64,000 nt of DNA from Candidatus Fermentibacteraceae bacterium. GTDB lineage: Bacteria > Fermentibacterota > Fermentibacteria > Fermentibacterales > JCC-6. A program made the position numbers and the translations under genes. The stretch is taken from NCBI GenBank assembly GCA_041750285.1, contig JBGSZS010000004.1:256001-320000 (forward strand), read 5' to 3'. Below are positions 28,173 through 37,963 of the stretch, piece by piece (the stretch's first letter is position 1; each line of letters starts with the position of its first letter). Under the pieces are notes generated by a model. It worked only from the letters and a program-made list of their open reading frames with translations. It had not been told where the DNA came from and did no database searches.

Positions 28173-29999
28173 TCAGTTGATGACCGTCAGCCTGTGGGCG
28201 GCGATGCCGTCAGGGCCGGTCATGACCACGGCGTACACGCCCGCGGGGAGGCCGCCGACTATCGCGGAGTAGCTTCCCTGCTGGATCTCGCCGCTCTGCA
28301 GGACCCTTACCGCCCTTCCGGCGGAGTCGAACAGCGTCACATTCACCGAACCGCCGGCAGGAACGCTCCAGGAAACCGTGAAGGCTCCGCTTACGGGGTT
28401 GCCCTGTGGCAGCCAGATCAGCCTTTCGTCGAGGGGTTCGACCGAACCCTCCCCAACGCTGTAGGGGTCCCAGACTATCGAGATGTCTTTCAGAGAGGGC
28501 GTGATGTTGGGGTTCGAAGTTGAAAGCTCTGTCTGGTACTGAATGTACCGGCCACCCTGTGCCACGACCTGGGCAAGGCTTCCGCCGGTTGTGAGCCAGG
28601 CGCTCCAGGGGCCCATGTCGCTGGAGGAATATGAAGTTCTCAGCCTGACCTTGATGCTGGTGCCCGTGGGTGTGACCTGGCTCCAGGCGACGTAGTCCCA
28701 CCTGTTGTTGCCAGGTACGGGAGGGTTCACGTCGAGGATGGACGATGTCAGGATGGCGGGCGTGTTGAAACCGCCGATACGCCACCAGCTGATCTTGTTG
28801 CCGGTTTCGGCGCACCCCATCACGTCGGGCACGCCATCGCCGTTCATGTCGCCCACCGAAACGCCTCTGGCTCCGGCGAAATACGTTGACACGTCGTAGC
28901 GCACCCAGGGCTGGCTGAGCTTCAGGAAGTTCTTGAACCAGTAGATCCGGTTGGCATCGCGGCACGCCACTATCACGTCGGGCGAGCCGTCGCCGTCCAT
29001 GTCGGCGGCATCGATTGAGCGAAGACCGGGTGCCGTGCCTTCGATGGAGTTCATTGTCCAGGTTGTGCCGCTGACGTGGTTGTACCAGCGGAGACTGCCG
29101 TTCCCCGAACCGCTTCCAACGACGATGTCGAGCTTGCCGTCGTCGTTGACATCGGCAACCGCAACGGCCCTGGCGCCCGTGAACGTGCCGACCTCGTGCT
29201 GGGCCCAGCTGAAGCCCCATGGGTTCTGGGAGAAGTAGGCAACGACCCTTCCTGTGCTGAAGCTCACCGCGGCGATATCAGGATGGCCGTCGTTGTTGAA
29301 GTCGCCCACATCGCAGGCGTAACCGCCGAGGAGGGCGCCGTCGATGTAGTTTATGGCCCAGGTGTTGCCGGAGTTGGTGTTCCTCCACCAGACAACGTCG
29401 CCGCTTTCGTACGACACGCCGACGACGTCCTGATTGCCGTCGCCGTCAACGTCGGCGCAATTGATCTGCCGGGCGTCGAAGTTCTGGGCGACGGTGATGG
29501 GCATCGACCATGCGCCGCCTCCGCCGTTGTTCCTGAACCAGACGACCTTGTTCTGATCCGCGCTGGATGCGACTATGTCGCGGAGACCGTCGTCGTTCAT
29601 GTCGCCCACCGAAACGAACTGAGCCTGGCTGAGGGTGCCGACCGTCTGGTGGGACCAGGTGGTGCCCAAACCGTTGACGTTGCGGGACCAGTAGACGGCG
29701 CCGGTGCCGTAGCTGCAGTAGGCCGCGTCGAGGTCGCCGTCGACGTCCATGTCGTTCGCAATGACGTAGTAGGGGGATGTGACCGGTGTTGCTATGGTGT
29801 TCTCGCTGCGGTTGACTATCAGCTTCAACTGGCCTGGTTCGGTGTCCCAGTCCATTGCGTCGCTGATGTAGAACCTGTCACCCCAGGTGGAGACGGGGCC
29901 GTAGATTCCGGGGCCGCCGCTCCAGTCCGTCTGAGTGGCGCTTTCGGCGTAAACTGCTGCGGTGCAGAGAAGCATGGCCAGAACAATGAATATCCTCAT
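28173..29999 (-). CDS. Secreted FG-GAP/VCBS repeat protein with C-terminal sorting-type domain
   Basis: GGAGG RBS, signal peptide, seven D-x-[DN]-x-DG-x-x-D repeats; C-terminal LFDSAGRAV...LPAGVY. Confidence 0.88.
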   Translation of the reverse strand: MRIFIVLAMLLCTAAVYAESATQTDWSGGPGIYGPVSTWGDRFYISDAMDWDTEPGQLKLIVNRSENTIATPVTSPYYVIANDMDVDGDLDAAYCSYGTGAVYWSRNVNGLGTTWSHQTVGTLSQAQFVSVGDMNDDGLRDIVASSADQNKVVWFRNNGGGGAWSMPITVAQNFDARQINCADVDGDGNQDVVGVSYESGDVVWWRNTNSGNTWAINYIDGALLGGYACDVGDFNNDGHPDIAAVSFSTGRVVAYFSQNPWGFSWAQHEVGTFTGARAVAVADVNDDGKLDIVVGSGSGNGSLRWYNHVSGTTWTMNSIEGTAPGLRSIDAADMDGDGSPDVIVACRDANRIYWFKNFLKLSQPWVRYDVSTYFAGARGVSVGDMNGDGVPDVMGCAETGNKISWWRIGGFNTPAILTSSILDVNPPVPGNNRWDYVAWSQVTPTGTSIKVRLRTSYSSSDMGPWSAWLTTGGSLAQVVAQGGRYIQYQTELSTSNPNITPSLKDISIVWDPYSVGEGSVEPLDERLIWLPQGNPVSGAFTVSWSVPAGGSVNVTLFDSAGRAVRVLQSGEIQQGSYSAIVGGLPAGVYAVVMTGPDGIAAHRLTVIN

Positions 30000-30044
30000 A
30001 ATTCCCCAACCCTCCAGTTTTGGGTATACCACTGCGGAAAACAA

Positions 30045-30626
30045 CTAATCGTTTTTGGGGACTCTGTCAATACCCTTTGGCTCAGTAATTCCGGGCCTGC
30101 TGCAGTACCTGTCCCTCTCGCTGAAAACACAACCGCAATAGGGTTGCCTGTACAGCCCGAGCGACCTCGACAGGTGCACGGAATCCCTGTAGCGGGGACG
30201 ACAGTCGATGTAGACGAAATCAACTCCGTAAGCGTTCCCTGCCTCCATTCCCGCTCTCCGTATCAGTTCCTGATCCTGATAGGGGCTTACGGACAGGGTG
30301 GTTCCAAAAGCGTTGAAACCCTGCCGGGAAGCAAGCCGCGCGGCTGCGGTCAGCCTCTCGGCGAAACAGGCCGCACAACGCGGGTTTTGCGAGAGCAGCA
30401 GTGCCACGTTTTCCTCGAGGGGATAATCGGGATCGGTGATGAGCGGTATTCCCTGCAGCACGGCCCAATCCTCCAGTGTGCGCAGCCTTCTCTGGAACTC
30501 CATATAGGGATGAACGTTGGGGTTGTGGAAGTAGAGCGTCGGCTGATGTCCCGCAGCGTCGTACTCTTCCACAGTCACAGTCGCGCACGGAGCGCAGCAG
30601 GCGTGCAGCAGCAGTCCGCCTTTCAC
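30045..30626 (-). CDS. queH: Epoxyqueuosine reductase QueH
   Basis: LLHACCAPC, FHNPNVHP, RCAAC, TTLSVSP, YRQPYCGCVFS. Confidence 0.93.
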   Translation of the reverse strand: MKGGLLLHACCAPCATVTVEEYDAAGHQPTLYFHNPNVHPYMEFQRRLRTLEDWAVLQGIPLITDPDYPLEENVALLLSQNPRCAACFAERLTAAARLASRQGFNAFGTTLSVSPYQDQELIRRAGMEAGNAYGVDFVYIDCRPRYRDSVHLSRSLGLYRQPYCGCVFSERDRYCSRPGITEPKGIDRVPKND

Positions 30627-31639
30627 AGGGGAAGCCTCTCGTCCGGTGTTCCCGGGTATCCCAGATGCCTGCAGGCCTTTGCCGTGGCAACCCTCCCCCT
30701 GCTGGTGCGGTTCAGAAAACCCTCGGCAAGAAGGAAGGGTTCGACCATGTCGATGAGGGTGTCCCGCTCTTCGTTCAGTGTTGCCGCAATGGCGCTGACC
30801 CCTACCGGACCGCCGTTGTACTGCCTGATCACGGCCTGCAGATACCTTCTGTCAAGCGGATCGAGGCCGGCCTCGTCAACCCCGTTCAGGTCCATGGCCT
30901 CAAGGCTTGTCAGCTCGTCCACGCTTTCCCTGCGGGCAACCTGGGCATAATCACGGATCCTCCGCAGAAGCCTGTTGGCGATCCTCGGGGTTCCCCTGGC
31001 CCTCATGGCGATGGCTCGCGATGCTTCCGGTGTGAGCGGAATGCCGAGTATCGACGCGGACCTGCCAACGATCGTCGAAAGGTCGTCAACGGAATAGAAC
31101 TCGAGGTGAAGCGAGAGCCCGAAGCGATCCCGCAGCGGGCCCGTGAGAAGCCCCGCACGCGTCGTGGCTCCGACAACCGTGAAACGGGCCAGTTCCAGCC
31201 GCACCGAACGTGCGTGCGGACCGGGTTCGATGATGAAGTCTATCCCGAAATCCTCCATACCGGGGTAGAGGTACTCCTCGACTATCCTCGGAAGCCTGTG
31301 GATCTCGTCGATGAAAAGCACCGTTCCCTGGCGGAGATTGGTCAGGATGCCTACCAGATCGGCCGCCCTCTCCAGTGCCGGTCCGGAGGTGACGACTATC
31401 TCGCAGTTCATCTCCGCGGCTATCACATGGGCCATGGTGGTCTTGCCAAGCCCCGGGGGGCCGTGGAGCAGGATGTGATCGAGCGGCTCGTTCCTCTCCC
31501 TGGCGGCCTGCACGGCGACGCGCAGGTTGTCGACGACCATTCCCTGACCGATGTAGTCGCAGAACTTCAAGGGTCTGAGGCTGGCGAACTCCCTCTCCTC
31601 GCCGGGTGCCGCATCCCCGGTAACTATGGATTCCCTCAT
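30623..31639 (-). CDS. ruvB: Holliday junction helicase RuvB
   Basis: SLRP, GPPGLGKTT, FIDEIHR, GATTRAG, RGTPRIANRLL, GGPVG. Confidence 0.98.
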   Translation of the reverse strand: MRESIVTGDAAPGEEREFASLRPLKFCDYIGQGMVVDNLRVAVQAARERNEPLDHILLHGPPGLGKTTMAHVIAAEMNCEIVVTSGPALERAADLVGILTNLRQGTVLFIDEIHRLPRIVEEYLYPGMEDFGIDFIIEPGPHARSVRLELARFTVVGATTRAGLLTGPLRDRFGLSLHLEFYSVDDLSTIVGRSASILGIPLTPEASRAIAMRARGTPRIANRLLRRIRDYAQVARRESVDELTSLEAMDLNGVDEAGLDPLDRRYLQAVIRQYNGGPVGVSAIAATLNEERDTLIDMVEPFLLAEGFLNRTSRGRVATAKACRHLGYPGTPDERLPL

Positions 31640-32247
31640 CCCGTGCTCCCGTTCCTTGCCCTGATCCTCATGCACGCCTTGAGAATGTCCTGGGTGCCGG
31701 CGGAGTCTCCGGTCTCCTCGACGGCCCTGGAAACAAGCAGTGCGGCCTGGTCACCGGGAATGCCCAGCTGCTTCAGGACAAGCATGACCTCGGTCCTGCT
31801 GCCGCTGCATGATTCATCGCCCCTGAATTCCTGGGCTGTGGCAGCCATGAGCTCCTGAAGTTTGGCGACGATCTGTTTCGCCCGGGCAGCGCCTATTCCC
31901 GGAAGCGCCTTCAAAAAAGCCAGATCTCCCCTTGAGATGGCTGCCGCCACGTCACGGGGGGGGTGGCAGAGCGCTCTGGCGGCTGCCCTGACCCCAACGC
32001 CGGAAACGGAGATGAAGCTTCTGAAGAAGGACCTGTCGGAAACACAGGGGAACGCCACGGCCAGGGGGATCATGCGGTTGCCCTCGCTCGAGATCTGAAA
32101 GTGGGTGAACACCCTGACGTTCTCGCCCCTCTGCAGGTCTGGGAGAAAGTAGCCCGGAACCAGCAACTCGAGTGTGAGAGAGCCCATGTCAAGAAGAAGA
32201 ACGCCGTCCTCGGCTGACTCGACCGTTCCCCGCACCGCGTCAAGCAT
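31636..32247 (-). CDS. ruvA: Holliday junction DNA-binding protein RuvA
   Basis: ISVSGVG, LPGIG..RAKQIVAKL; lies between ruvC and ruvB. Confidence 0.9.
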   Translation of the reverse strand: MLDAVRGTVESAEDGVLLLDMGSLTLELLVPGYFLPDLQRGENVRVFTHFQISSEGNRMIPLAVAFPCVSDRSFFRSFISVSGVGVRAAARALCHPPRDVAAAISRGDLAFLKALPGIGAARAKQIVAKLQELMAATAQEFRGDESCSGSRTEVMLVLKQLGIPGDQAALLVSRAVEETGDSAGTQDILKACMRIRARNGSTG

Positions 32248-32731
32248 CGCCTGCCTCCTCGCAGTAAGCTATGGCCGCCGCCAGTGCGTCGCTCACGTCA
32301 AGCGGGCTCAGTGGGCCGGTGATCCCCAGCAGCCGGCAAACCATGCCGTTCACCTGTTCCTTGCCCGCATTTCCCCGTCCCGTCACCGCCCTCTTGATGT
32401 GGGTTGAGGGAATGGACCTGACAGGAATGTCGCGCTGCGCCGCGGCAAGGCACAGAACGCCCCTGGCGTGGGCCATTATGATGGATGTCCGGGGGTGCCT
32501 GTAGTGGCTGTATATCTCTTCGATGGCCATGGCCATGGGTTTGTGCGTGTCCATGATCTCGCCCATGTCGTGATGCAGCTCGCGCAGCCTGTCCGGAAGG
32601 GCCGCCCCGGATCCCGGCCTTATGATGCCTGCATCCACGAGTTTCATCACTCCTCCCGAGAGCGCCAGAACCCCGTATCCCGTGGTGTTGAGGCCCGGAT
32701 CCACACCCAGAACGACCGTGCTGTCAGGCAA
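32240..32731 (-). CDS. ruvC: Crossover junction endodeoxyribonuclease RuvC
   Basis: LGVDPG, AIEE, HARG, KRAVTGRGNAGKEQV, DVSDALA. Confidence 0.96.
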   Translation of the reverse strand: MPDSTVVLGVDPGLNTTGYGVLALSGGVMKLVDAGIIRPGSGAALPDRLRELHHDMGEIMDTHKPMAMAIEEIYSHYRHPRTSIIMAHARGVLCLAAAQRDIPVRSIPSTHIKRAVTGRGNAGKEQVNGMVCRLLGITGPLSPLDVSDALAAAIAYCEEAGDA

Positions 32732-33457
32732 TCAGTCCGCCTGCTCGAAGTTCGAGTAAACGGCCTGAATGTCCTCGTTCTCCTCCAGTGCGTTCAGCAG
32801 CCTTATGTTCTGCTCGGCCTCGCGGCCGGAGAGGGCCACGGTGTTGGCGGGAACCTTCACTATCTCGGCCGAGTCGACCTTCACTCCGGCCGATTCGAGT
32901 GCCTCCTTGACCTTGAAGACGTCTTCTGGGGCGCTCGAGAGAACGAGCAGACCCTCCTCGAGGTACACGTCTTCGAGTCCGGCTTCCATTCCTGCTTCCA
33001 TCACCTGTTCCTCGGTGAATGCCGAGGCGTCGACCGTCAGCTGCCCCTGTTTGCTGAACAGGTACGCAACGCTGTTGCGTGACCCGAGGCTGCCGCCACC
33101 CTTGGACAGGGTGTGTCTGACTTCGGCGGCGGAACGGTTGCGATTGTCGGTAAGGACTTCGATGAGTATCGCCACGCCACCGGGACCGTAGGCTTCGTAG
33201 GTGATCTCCTCGTAGGTGATACCCTCGAGTTCGCCAGTTCCCCTCTTGATCGCCCTGTCGATGTTTTCATTGGGCATGTTCTGGCTTTTGGCCGTATCGA
33301 TGGCAACACGCAGACGGGGGTTCATGTCTGCGTCTCCGCCTCCCTCACGGGCGGCAACGGAAATCTCCTTCACAAGACGGCTGAAGATCTTGCCCCTCTC
33401 CGCGTCGGCCTTGCCCTTCTTGTGCTTTATGGTGCTCCATTTATTGTGACCGGACAT
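32732..33457 (-). CDS. yebC: YebC/PmpR family protein
   Basis: MSGHNKWSTIKHKK, NPRLR, YEAYGPGG, TDNRNR. Confidence 0.96.
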   Translation of the reverse strand: MSGHNKWSTIKHKKGKADAERGKIFSRLVKEISVAAREGGGDADMNPRLRVAIDTAKSQNMPNENIDRAIKRGTGELEGITYEEITYEAYGPGGVAILIEVLTDNRNRSAAEVRHTLSKGGGSLGSRNSVAYLFSKQGQLTVDASAFTEEQVMEAGMEAGLEDVYLEEGLLVLSSAPEDVFKVKEALESAGVKVDSAEIVKVPANTVALSGREAEQNIRLLNALEENEDIQAVYSNFEQAD

Positions 33458-33495
33458 TCTCTCTCCTCTTCGTGAATCGTTGCTTCATGGCATGG

Positions 33496-33524
33496 ATTTT
33501 AGAGTCTGAAACACCCCGGGTCAA
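33496..33524 (-). promoter_or_regulatory. Sigma70-like promoter for yebC-ruvCAB-queH
   Basis: TTGACC-17 nt-TAAAAT. Confidence 0.65.
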
Positions 33525-34213
33525 CGGGGTGGATCACTATGAAACGCAAGTACCCTCTCCAGGTCCGGCATGTTCCTTCTGAAAAAGGAAACATCAGGCC
33601 CGGGCAGGAAAACCGTCTCCTCCCGCAACAGCGCCGGCAGGACCATGAGAGCAATGGATCTAACCCGCACCGACAGCCTCACATCGGCAAGCCAGTCGGG
33701 AGCAGCTGCCTCCTGCCCGGTGCAGACACCCCTGGCCAGTTCGGGAACCTCATCAGGGGAGGAAAAGACACCAGCGAGCCTGGGCCATCCCGCATCGACC
33801 TGAGGGGGCAGTGAAGGTGCTGCTGCGCTAAGTCTTACCGCGATGTCGAAAAGCCCGTTCACGGAGAAGGCCGGGATCACCAGACTTCTTTCGCCCGAAT
33901 AGCCTCCGGTCTCCCTCAGGCCGCTCTCCGTGGACGGGGAGAACCATCTGCCCCGCTGAATACCCACCTTATGAGTCTCCCGTCGGGTCGTCCGGCTCTC
34001 GACGGTCACATCGGCTTCCACCGACCAGAACGGAAGGGGGAGGGCCTGATCGTCACGCGAAACCCTTACCGAAGACGGAAGCATTGACAATCCATCCCCT
34101 CCTATGCCCCATGCCGTTCCGCAACCCTGGCAAAGGAAGGATGAGTCGGTGGAAAGACCGGACAGGGGTGCATGACATCTTCCACAAGCAAGCACTGTCA
34201 TCCGTTCAGCCAT
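33521..34213 (-). CDS. Hypothetical Zn-ribbon protein
   Basis: CGRC...CQGC, LPFW, VIPAF. Confidence 0.7.
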   Translation of the reverse strand: MAERMTVLACGRCHAPLSGLSTDSSFLCQGCGTAWGIGGDGLSMLPSSVRVSRDDQALPLPFWSVEADVTVESRTTRRETHKVGIQRGRWFSPSTESGLRETGGYSGERSLVIPAFSVNGLFDIAVRLSAAAPSLPPQVDAGWPRLAGVFSSPDEVPELARGVCTGQEAAAPDWLADVRLSVRVRSIALMVLPALLREETVFLPGPDVSFFRRNMPDLERVLAFHSDPPR

Positions 34214-35240
34214 GTTTTCCGCCAGGGAACCTTCCCCAGTTGAACCTGAAGGCCTTACCCGCCGCCGAAGCGGCAGCCAGCACTCCGAAAACGATCAGCA
34301 CCCTCAGCACGGGAGGGGCAACGCAGCAGACATGCACAAGCGGTGGGAGGATGGATGCAGTCAAAACACCCGCAGCGGTGACAACCATCCTGCTCCTTTT
34401 GACATCCGAGGGAAACCGTCCGCTCAGGATGGTTCCGGTCCTGCCGTCCACAACCGTGCCGAAGCTCTTCTGGAAAGCGGTAAAACCCACGATCCAGAGC
34501 GGGTAGTATACCAGCCTTTCCCGTCTCCCCGTTACGCACAGATGAAGGGTCCTCTGTTCCAGGCCCGTTCCCGTCCCCCGGGAGTACCTGTCGACCATCC
34601 GGGCTGCCTCTTCCCTCGCTTCTCCAAGGTCGACCACGGGATCGACCACGATCCCTTCCGGCAGCCGGGCAGAGTCAAACACCTGAAGGCCGTCGGGCAG
34701 ACGCCCCCTGCCAAGTTCCATCCCGGCAAGCGCCATCTGGGTCTTCTCGCCAAGCGACGGGATTCCAACGGGTTCAAGCCTGGCGGCGCTGACCGTCAGG
34801 TCGAGATCGAGGCTGACCCTCTGTTCCACCGCCTCGGAGCCGGTGCGCTGTCTGACCAGTCTGCTTGTGATGACCGGTGCGGAGCCGTCGCCCGAAGGTT
34901 CGAACTCCGTCTCCACCTCCCTCTCCGTATACACCCCCCTGGTGCCCAGGACAAAGCCGTCCACCCTGCATGTAATGCTCCAGAAGGGAACGTAGTAGAG
35001 AACCGCCGTGTTTACAATTGACCCTTCGGGAAGTGTGCCGGTCGCTTGTCTCAGTCCGTCCCGCACTGCTCTGACCGCTCCCGTCCTGCCTATGCGGTCC
35101 TCCGATATGTACCGTCTGACTCCCCATGGAAGAAGCAGTCTGTTGCCGCAATGCCGGCAGACCGTGTTGGTGTCGCCGTCTGCCACCGAAAGCAGTCCTG
35201 CGCAGCTCGGGCAGGAGAGGGTCAGAAGAGCCCCGCTCAT
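34206..35240 (-). CDS. Hypothetical Zn-ribbon membrane protein
   Basis: CPSC...CRHC, YVPFW, YYPLW, VVDGRTG, two C-terminal TM helices; ATGA overlap. Confidence 0.75.
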   Translation of the reverse strand: MSGALLTLSCPSCAGLLSVADGDTNTVCRHCGNRLLLPWGVRRYISEDRIGRTGAVRAVRDGLRQATGTLPEGSIVNTAVLYYVPFWSITCRVDGFVLGTRGVYTEREVETEFEPSGDGSAPVITSRLVRQRTGSEAVEQRVSLDLDLTVSAARLEPVGIPSLGEKTQMALAGMELGRGRLPDGLQVFDSARLPEGIVVDPVVDLGEAREEAARMVDRYSRGTGTGLEQRTLHLCVTGRRERLVYYPLWIVGFTAFQKSFGTVVDGRTGTILSGRFPSDVKRSRMVVTAAGVLTASILPPLVHVCCVAPPVLRVLIVFGVLAAASAAGKAFRFNWGRFPGGKHG

Positions 35241-35875
35241 TCCCCTGCCCTCCTGCGCCCGATGATCGTTGCAGCCCAGTAACCGGCGCAGGCGGAAACG
35301 ATCACGGCCAGCACCGGAGAGATCGAACGCAGTAACAGGTAAAAGACAATGGAAGGAAGGATCCCGGCCAGAAGCGAACGGAAAAAAATCCCCTCGAAGT
35401 CCGGCCCCCCCGATCCGACAGGTTCTCCGTGGCCCGGCACTCGTCCCGAGACACCGTCGAGAAGCATCCCCTCGCCGGTAGCGGTGATGGTGACCGAGTA
35501 GAACGGGTGATAGACCAGCCTTCCCTCGAGGCATTCGGAGGGAACGGTCTCACCTCTGGGGTCACCTCCTTCCGGCCACGGTCGCAACTCACCCGAGGGG
35601 GGAACGTAGTCATCCATGGCCGGGTATGGCTGGCTGAAGGCCTTGCCGAGCCGGGAACCGTGAAGAACGTAGGGGAACCACATCAGGGAGGGTTGAAGGA
35701 CCTCGCCGGGAGGGAACAGCCTTGCCACCTTCTCACCGTCCAGGGCTGGTTCATGAAAGAAAACGCCCCCCTCCCATGAAAACCTTGAAAGAGCGCCGCA
35801 CCAGGAACAGCGTGCAAGCGAGCCGGGACCCCTGATGTCCAGAACGCCTCCGCACTGGGTGCACTCGACCCTCAT
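35237..35875 (-). CDS. Hypothetical Zn-ribbon membrane protein
   Basis: CTQC...CSWC, WFPY, YHPFY, LLDGVSG, two C-terminal TM helices; TGATG overlap. Confidence 0.72.
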   Translation of the reverse strand: MRVECTQCGGVLDIRGPGSLARCSWCGALSRFSWEGGVFFHEPALDGEKVARLFPPGEVLQPSLMWFPYVLHGSRLGKAFSQPYPAMDDYVPPSGELRPWPEGGDPRGETVPSECLEGRLVYHPFYSVTITATGEGMLLDGVSGRVPGHGEPVGSGGPDFEGIFFRSLLAGILPSIVFYLLLRSISPVLAVIVSACAGYWAATIIGRRRAGE

Positions 35876-36897
35876 CAGGGTCGACCTTCGCACAGGGAGG
35901 TTCCATCGCGGAGAAGGTCCATGGTTTTCACAAGCCACCCCTGTTTCCACTCCAGAAGCCTTTCCGATTCGGTTTTAACATCCATCCGGTCCAGAATGGC
36001 GGAAAGATCATCGCCGGGCCTGGCGATGCGGGAAAGGAAACCCCATCCCGTAAGCCCCCTGGCGCTGTGCTGGACAAGCACGTTCGGAATGCCCAGGGAT
36101 GCAGCGAGGCCCGAACCGTGTACCCTGGGGCCCACGACGAGGTCGCAGGTGTCGAAGATGGCTGCGTAGTCCTCCGCCAGGGCGCTGTACCTTGTGTCCG
36201 CATCGGGGAACGCCCGTCTCGCGGCAAGGAAATCGGCGCATGTGTGGCAGATAACGACGCAGGGATGCTCATCCATGATCCGGCGGTACTGCACGAGCAG
36301 GTATTCGTACGTGGCTGGGTTCACGCTGTTGAACCTCTGGGTGCAGTTCTGAAAGACCAGTCCCACGACCCCTGGAGCCGTTCTCAGCCTCTGGGTCCTT
36401 GAGGCGAAAAGGGCAGTGCAGGGCAGCAGGTGGGGGTCGTAAGCCCTGAGGGCACTTGCGGCAGCCTCGTCCCTGACGGTGACCAGTTCGCACGGGCCCC
36501 CAAGAACGGAACGCAGAAGGCCGTGTTCCCTGCCCTCAACGCTGAATGCTCCCCCCGATCCGGCGCCCACGGCAAGAAAGGCGCAGGGCACCCTGTTCCT
36601 GATGACGAACCGGAAAAGCGCTTCCATCCTGCCGCCGATGCGCCATTCCGGTGAACCTGCGATTATCAGGTAGTCGACCGCTGCCGGATCATCGAGATAG
36701 AAGGAGTTGTCGGAATGCCAGCTTCTTCTGAAAAGAAGCCTCTTCGAAAGCCTGTTGGGCGTGATCATGGGATGTCTGTTGTAAAGAAGGCGGTTGTACC
36801 TCACTCCAAGCGAATCGAGGACGTTCAGCACTCCGAACAGGATGAGTTCGTCACCCGGATTGAACTGCCTGGTGGCGGAAAAGAGGATGTTCTTCAG
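35875..36897 (-). CDS. Polysaccharide pyruvyl transferase family protein (probable CTG start)
   Basis: N-terminal FNPGD, AVGAG, VTVRD, GPRVHG..AASLGIP. Confidence 0.78.
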   Translation of the reverse strand: MKNILFSATRQFNPGDELILFGVLNVLDSLGVRYNRLLYNRHPMITPNRLSKRLLFRRSWHSDNSFYLDDPAAVDYLIIAGSPEWRIGGRMEALFRFVIRNRVPCAFLAVGAGSGGAFSVEGREHGLLRSVLGGPCELVTVRDEAAASALRAYDPHLLPCTALFASRTQRLRTAPGVVGLVFQNCTQRFNSVNPATYEYLLVQYRRIMDEHPCVVICHTCADFLAARRAFPDADTRYSALAEDYAAIFDTCDLVVGPRVHGSGLAASLGIPNVLVQHSARGLTGWGFLSRIARPGDDLSAILDRMDVKTESERLLEWKQGWLVKTMDLLRDGTSLCEGRP

Positions 36898-37955
36898 GTT
36901 CTCTCCTTAATCAGGTCCTCAAGGGCATCGACCACGGTCAAGGCAGCTACCGACTCCATTGTCCCGTCAGGCGAGACCACGGCTCGGCAAGCCACCCTGC
37001 ACGGCTTCCACAGCGTCTGCTTCTCGCGTGAAATGTACATCGCCACGACCGGCACACCAAGTGCGTCCGCCATGTGGACCATGGCGGTGTCCGGCGTCAG
37101 CAGGACATCCATTCCCGAGAGCGCGGCACAGACTTCCAGTATGTCTGCTGAAGGACAGACGGCCGACACCCTTCCCCCGGCAAATGTTTCCGCAAGTTGC
37201 GCTCCCCTCGGGTCGGAAGGCGGTGTGAACACGTGAACCGCAAGCGAGGGGAATCTCTGGAGAATCATCCCCACGGCTTCGGTCCATCTTCCGAGGCTCC
37301 ATTCCCTGCGGGAGTCTCCCGCAGCCAGGTTCACTCCGACCCGGAATTCCGTCGATGATGATGCATCGCCATGCCCGATGTAGATCCGGGGGCAGATGTC
37401 CCTGCCCTCGAGGCTCCCGCCCAGCGGTTCGATGATCGATACCGTCTCCTCCAGCATGGTCCTTGTCGCACCGCCCCAGATACTGCGTCTGATGTTCACG
37501 TTGTAGAAGTGGTCAAGGCCGGTTTCGGTGGCGACACGGACCCTCACCGCATTTCCTGGAGCACTGAGCCGGGCTATGACGGCCCCGGTGAAGGAGGGGT
37601 AGAACACAAGGTTCACGACCGCATCGAACCGCTGCCGTCTCAGTGAGTGGATCAGCCCCGGAAACTCGAGCGGCTTTTTCTTTCTGAAGACACTTATCCC
37701 GTCAACGTTGGGGTCGTTCCGGATCACGCCGCAGTTGGAGGGCGAGGCCAGAACATGAACCCTGATGCCGGGAAACTCCTCCTTGACAAGCCTGAAGAGG
37801 CCGGTGCTTATCACCATGTCGCCCAGCCTGTCGTAGCGAAGGAACAGCACCGACCGGGCCTTTGAAAGGTCGGCGGATGGCATGGGTCCCGCTTTTACAA
37901 GGAGCCGCAGAAGGGCCGAAAAAAGCCTCTTCGATGCCTTCTCCGCCTCCTTCAG
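36894..37955 (-). CDS. Glycosyltransferase family 9 (heptosyltransferase-like); start uncertain
   Basis: LRYDRLGDMV, NDPNVD, REWS, TPDTAMVHMADALGVPVV. Candidate starts are CTG 37955 or ATG 37883. Confidence 0.85.
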   Translation of the reverse strand: MKEAEKASKRLFSALLRLLVKAGPMPSADLSKARSVLFLRYDRLGDMVISTGLFRLVKEEFPGIRVHVLASPSNCGVIRNDPNVDGISVFRKKKPLEFPGLIHSLRRQRFDAVVNLVFYPSFTGAVIARLSAPGNAVRVRVATETGLDHFYNVNIRRSIWGGATRTMLEETVSIIEPLGGSLEGRDICPRIYIGHGDASSSTEFRVGVNLAAGDSRREWSLGRWTEAVGMILQRFPSLAVHVFTPPSDPRGAQLAETFAGGRVSAVCPSADILEVCAALSGMDVLLTPDTAMVHMADALGVPVVAMYISREKQTLWKPCRVACRAVVSPDGTMESVAALTVVDALEDLIKERT

Positions 37956-37963
37956 GGGGCCTC

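Noticed and set aside
29076..31858. Long plus-strand ORFs (624 and 460 aa)
   Set aside because: Antisense to the FG-GAP gene, queH and ruvB; no motifs; expected in high-GC DNA.
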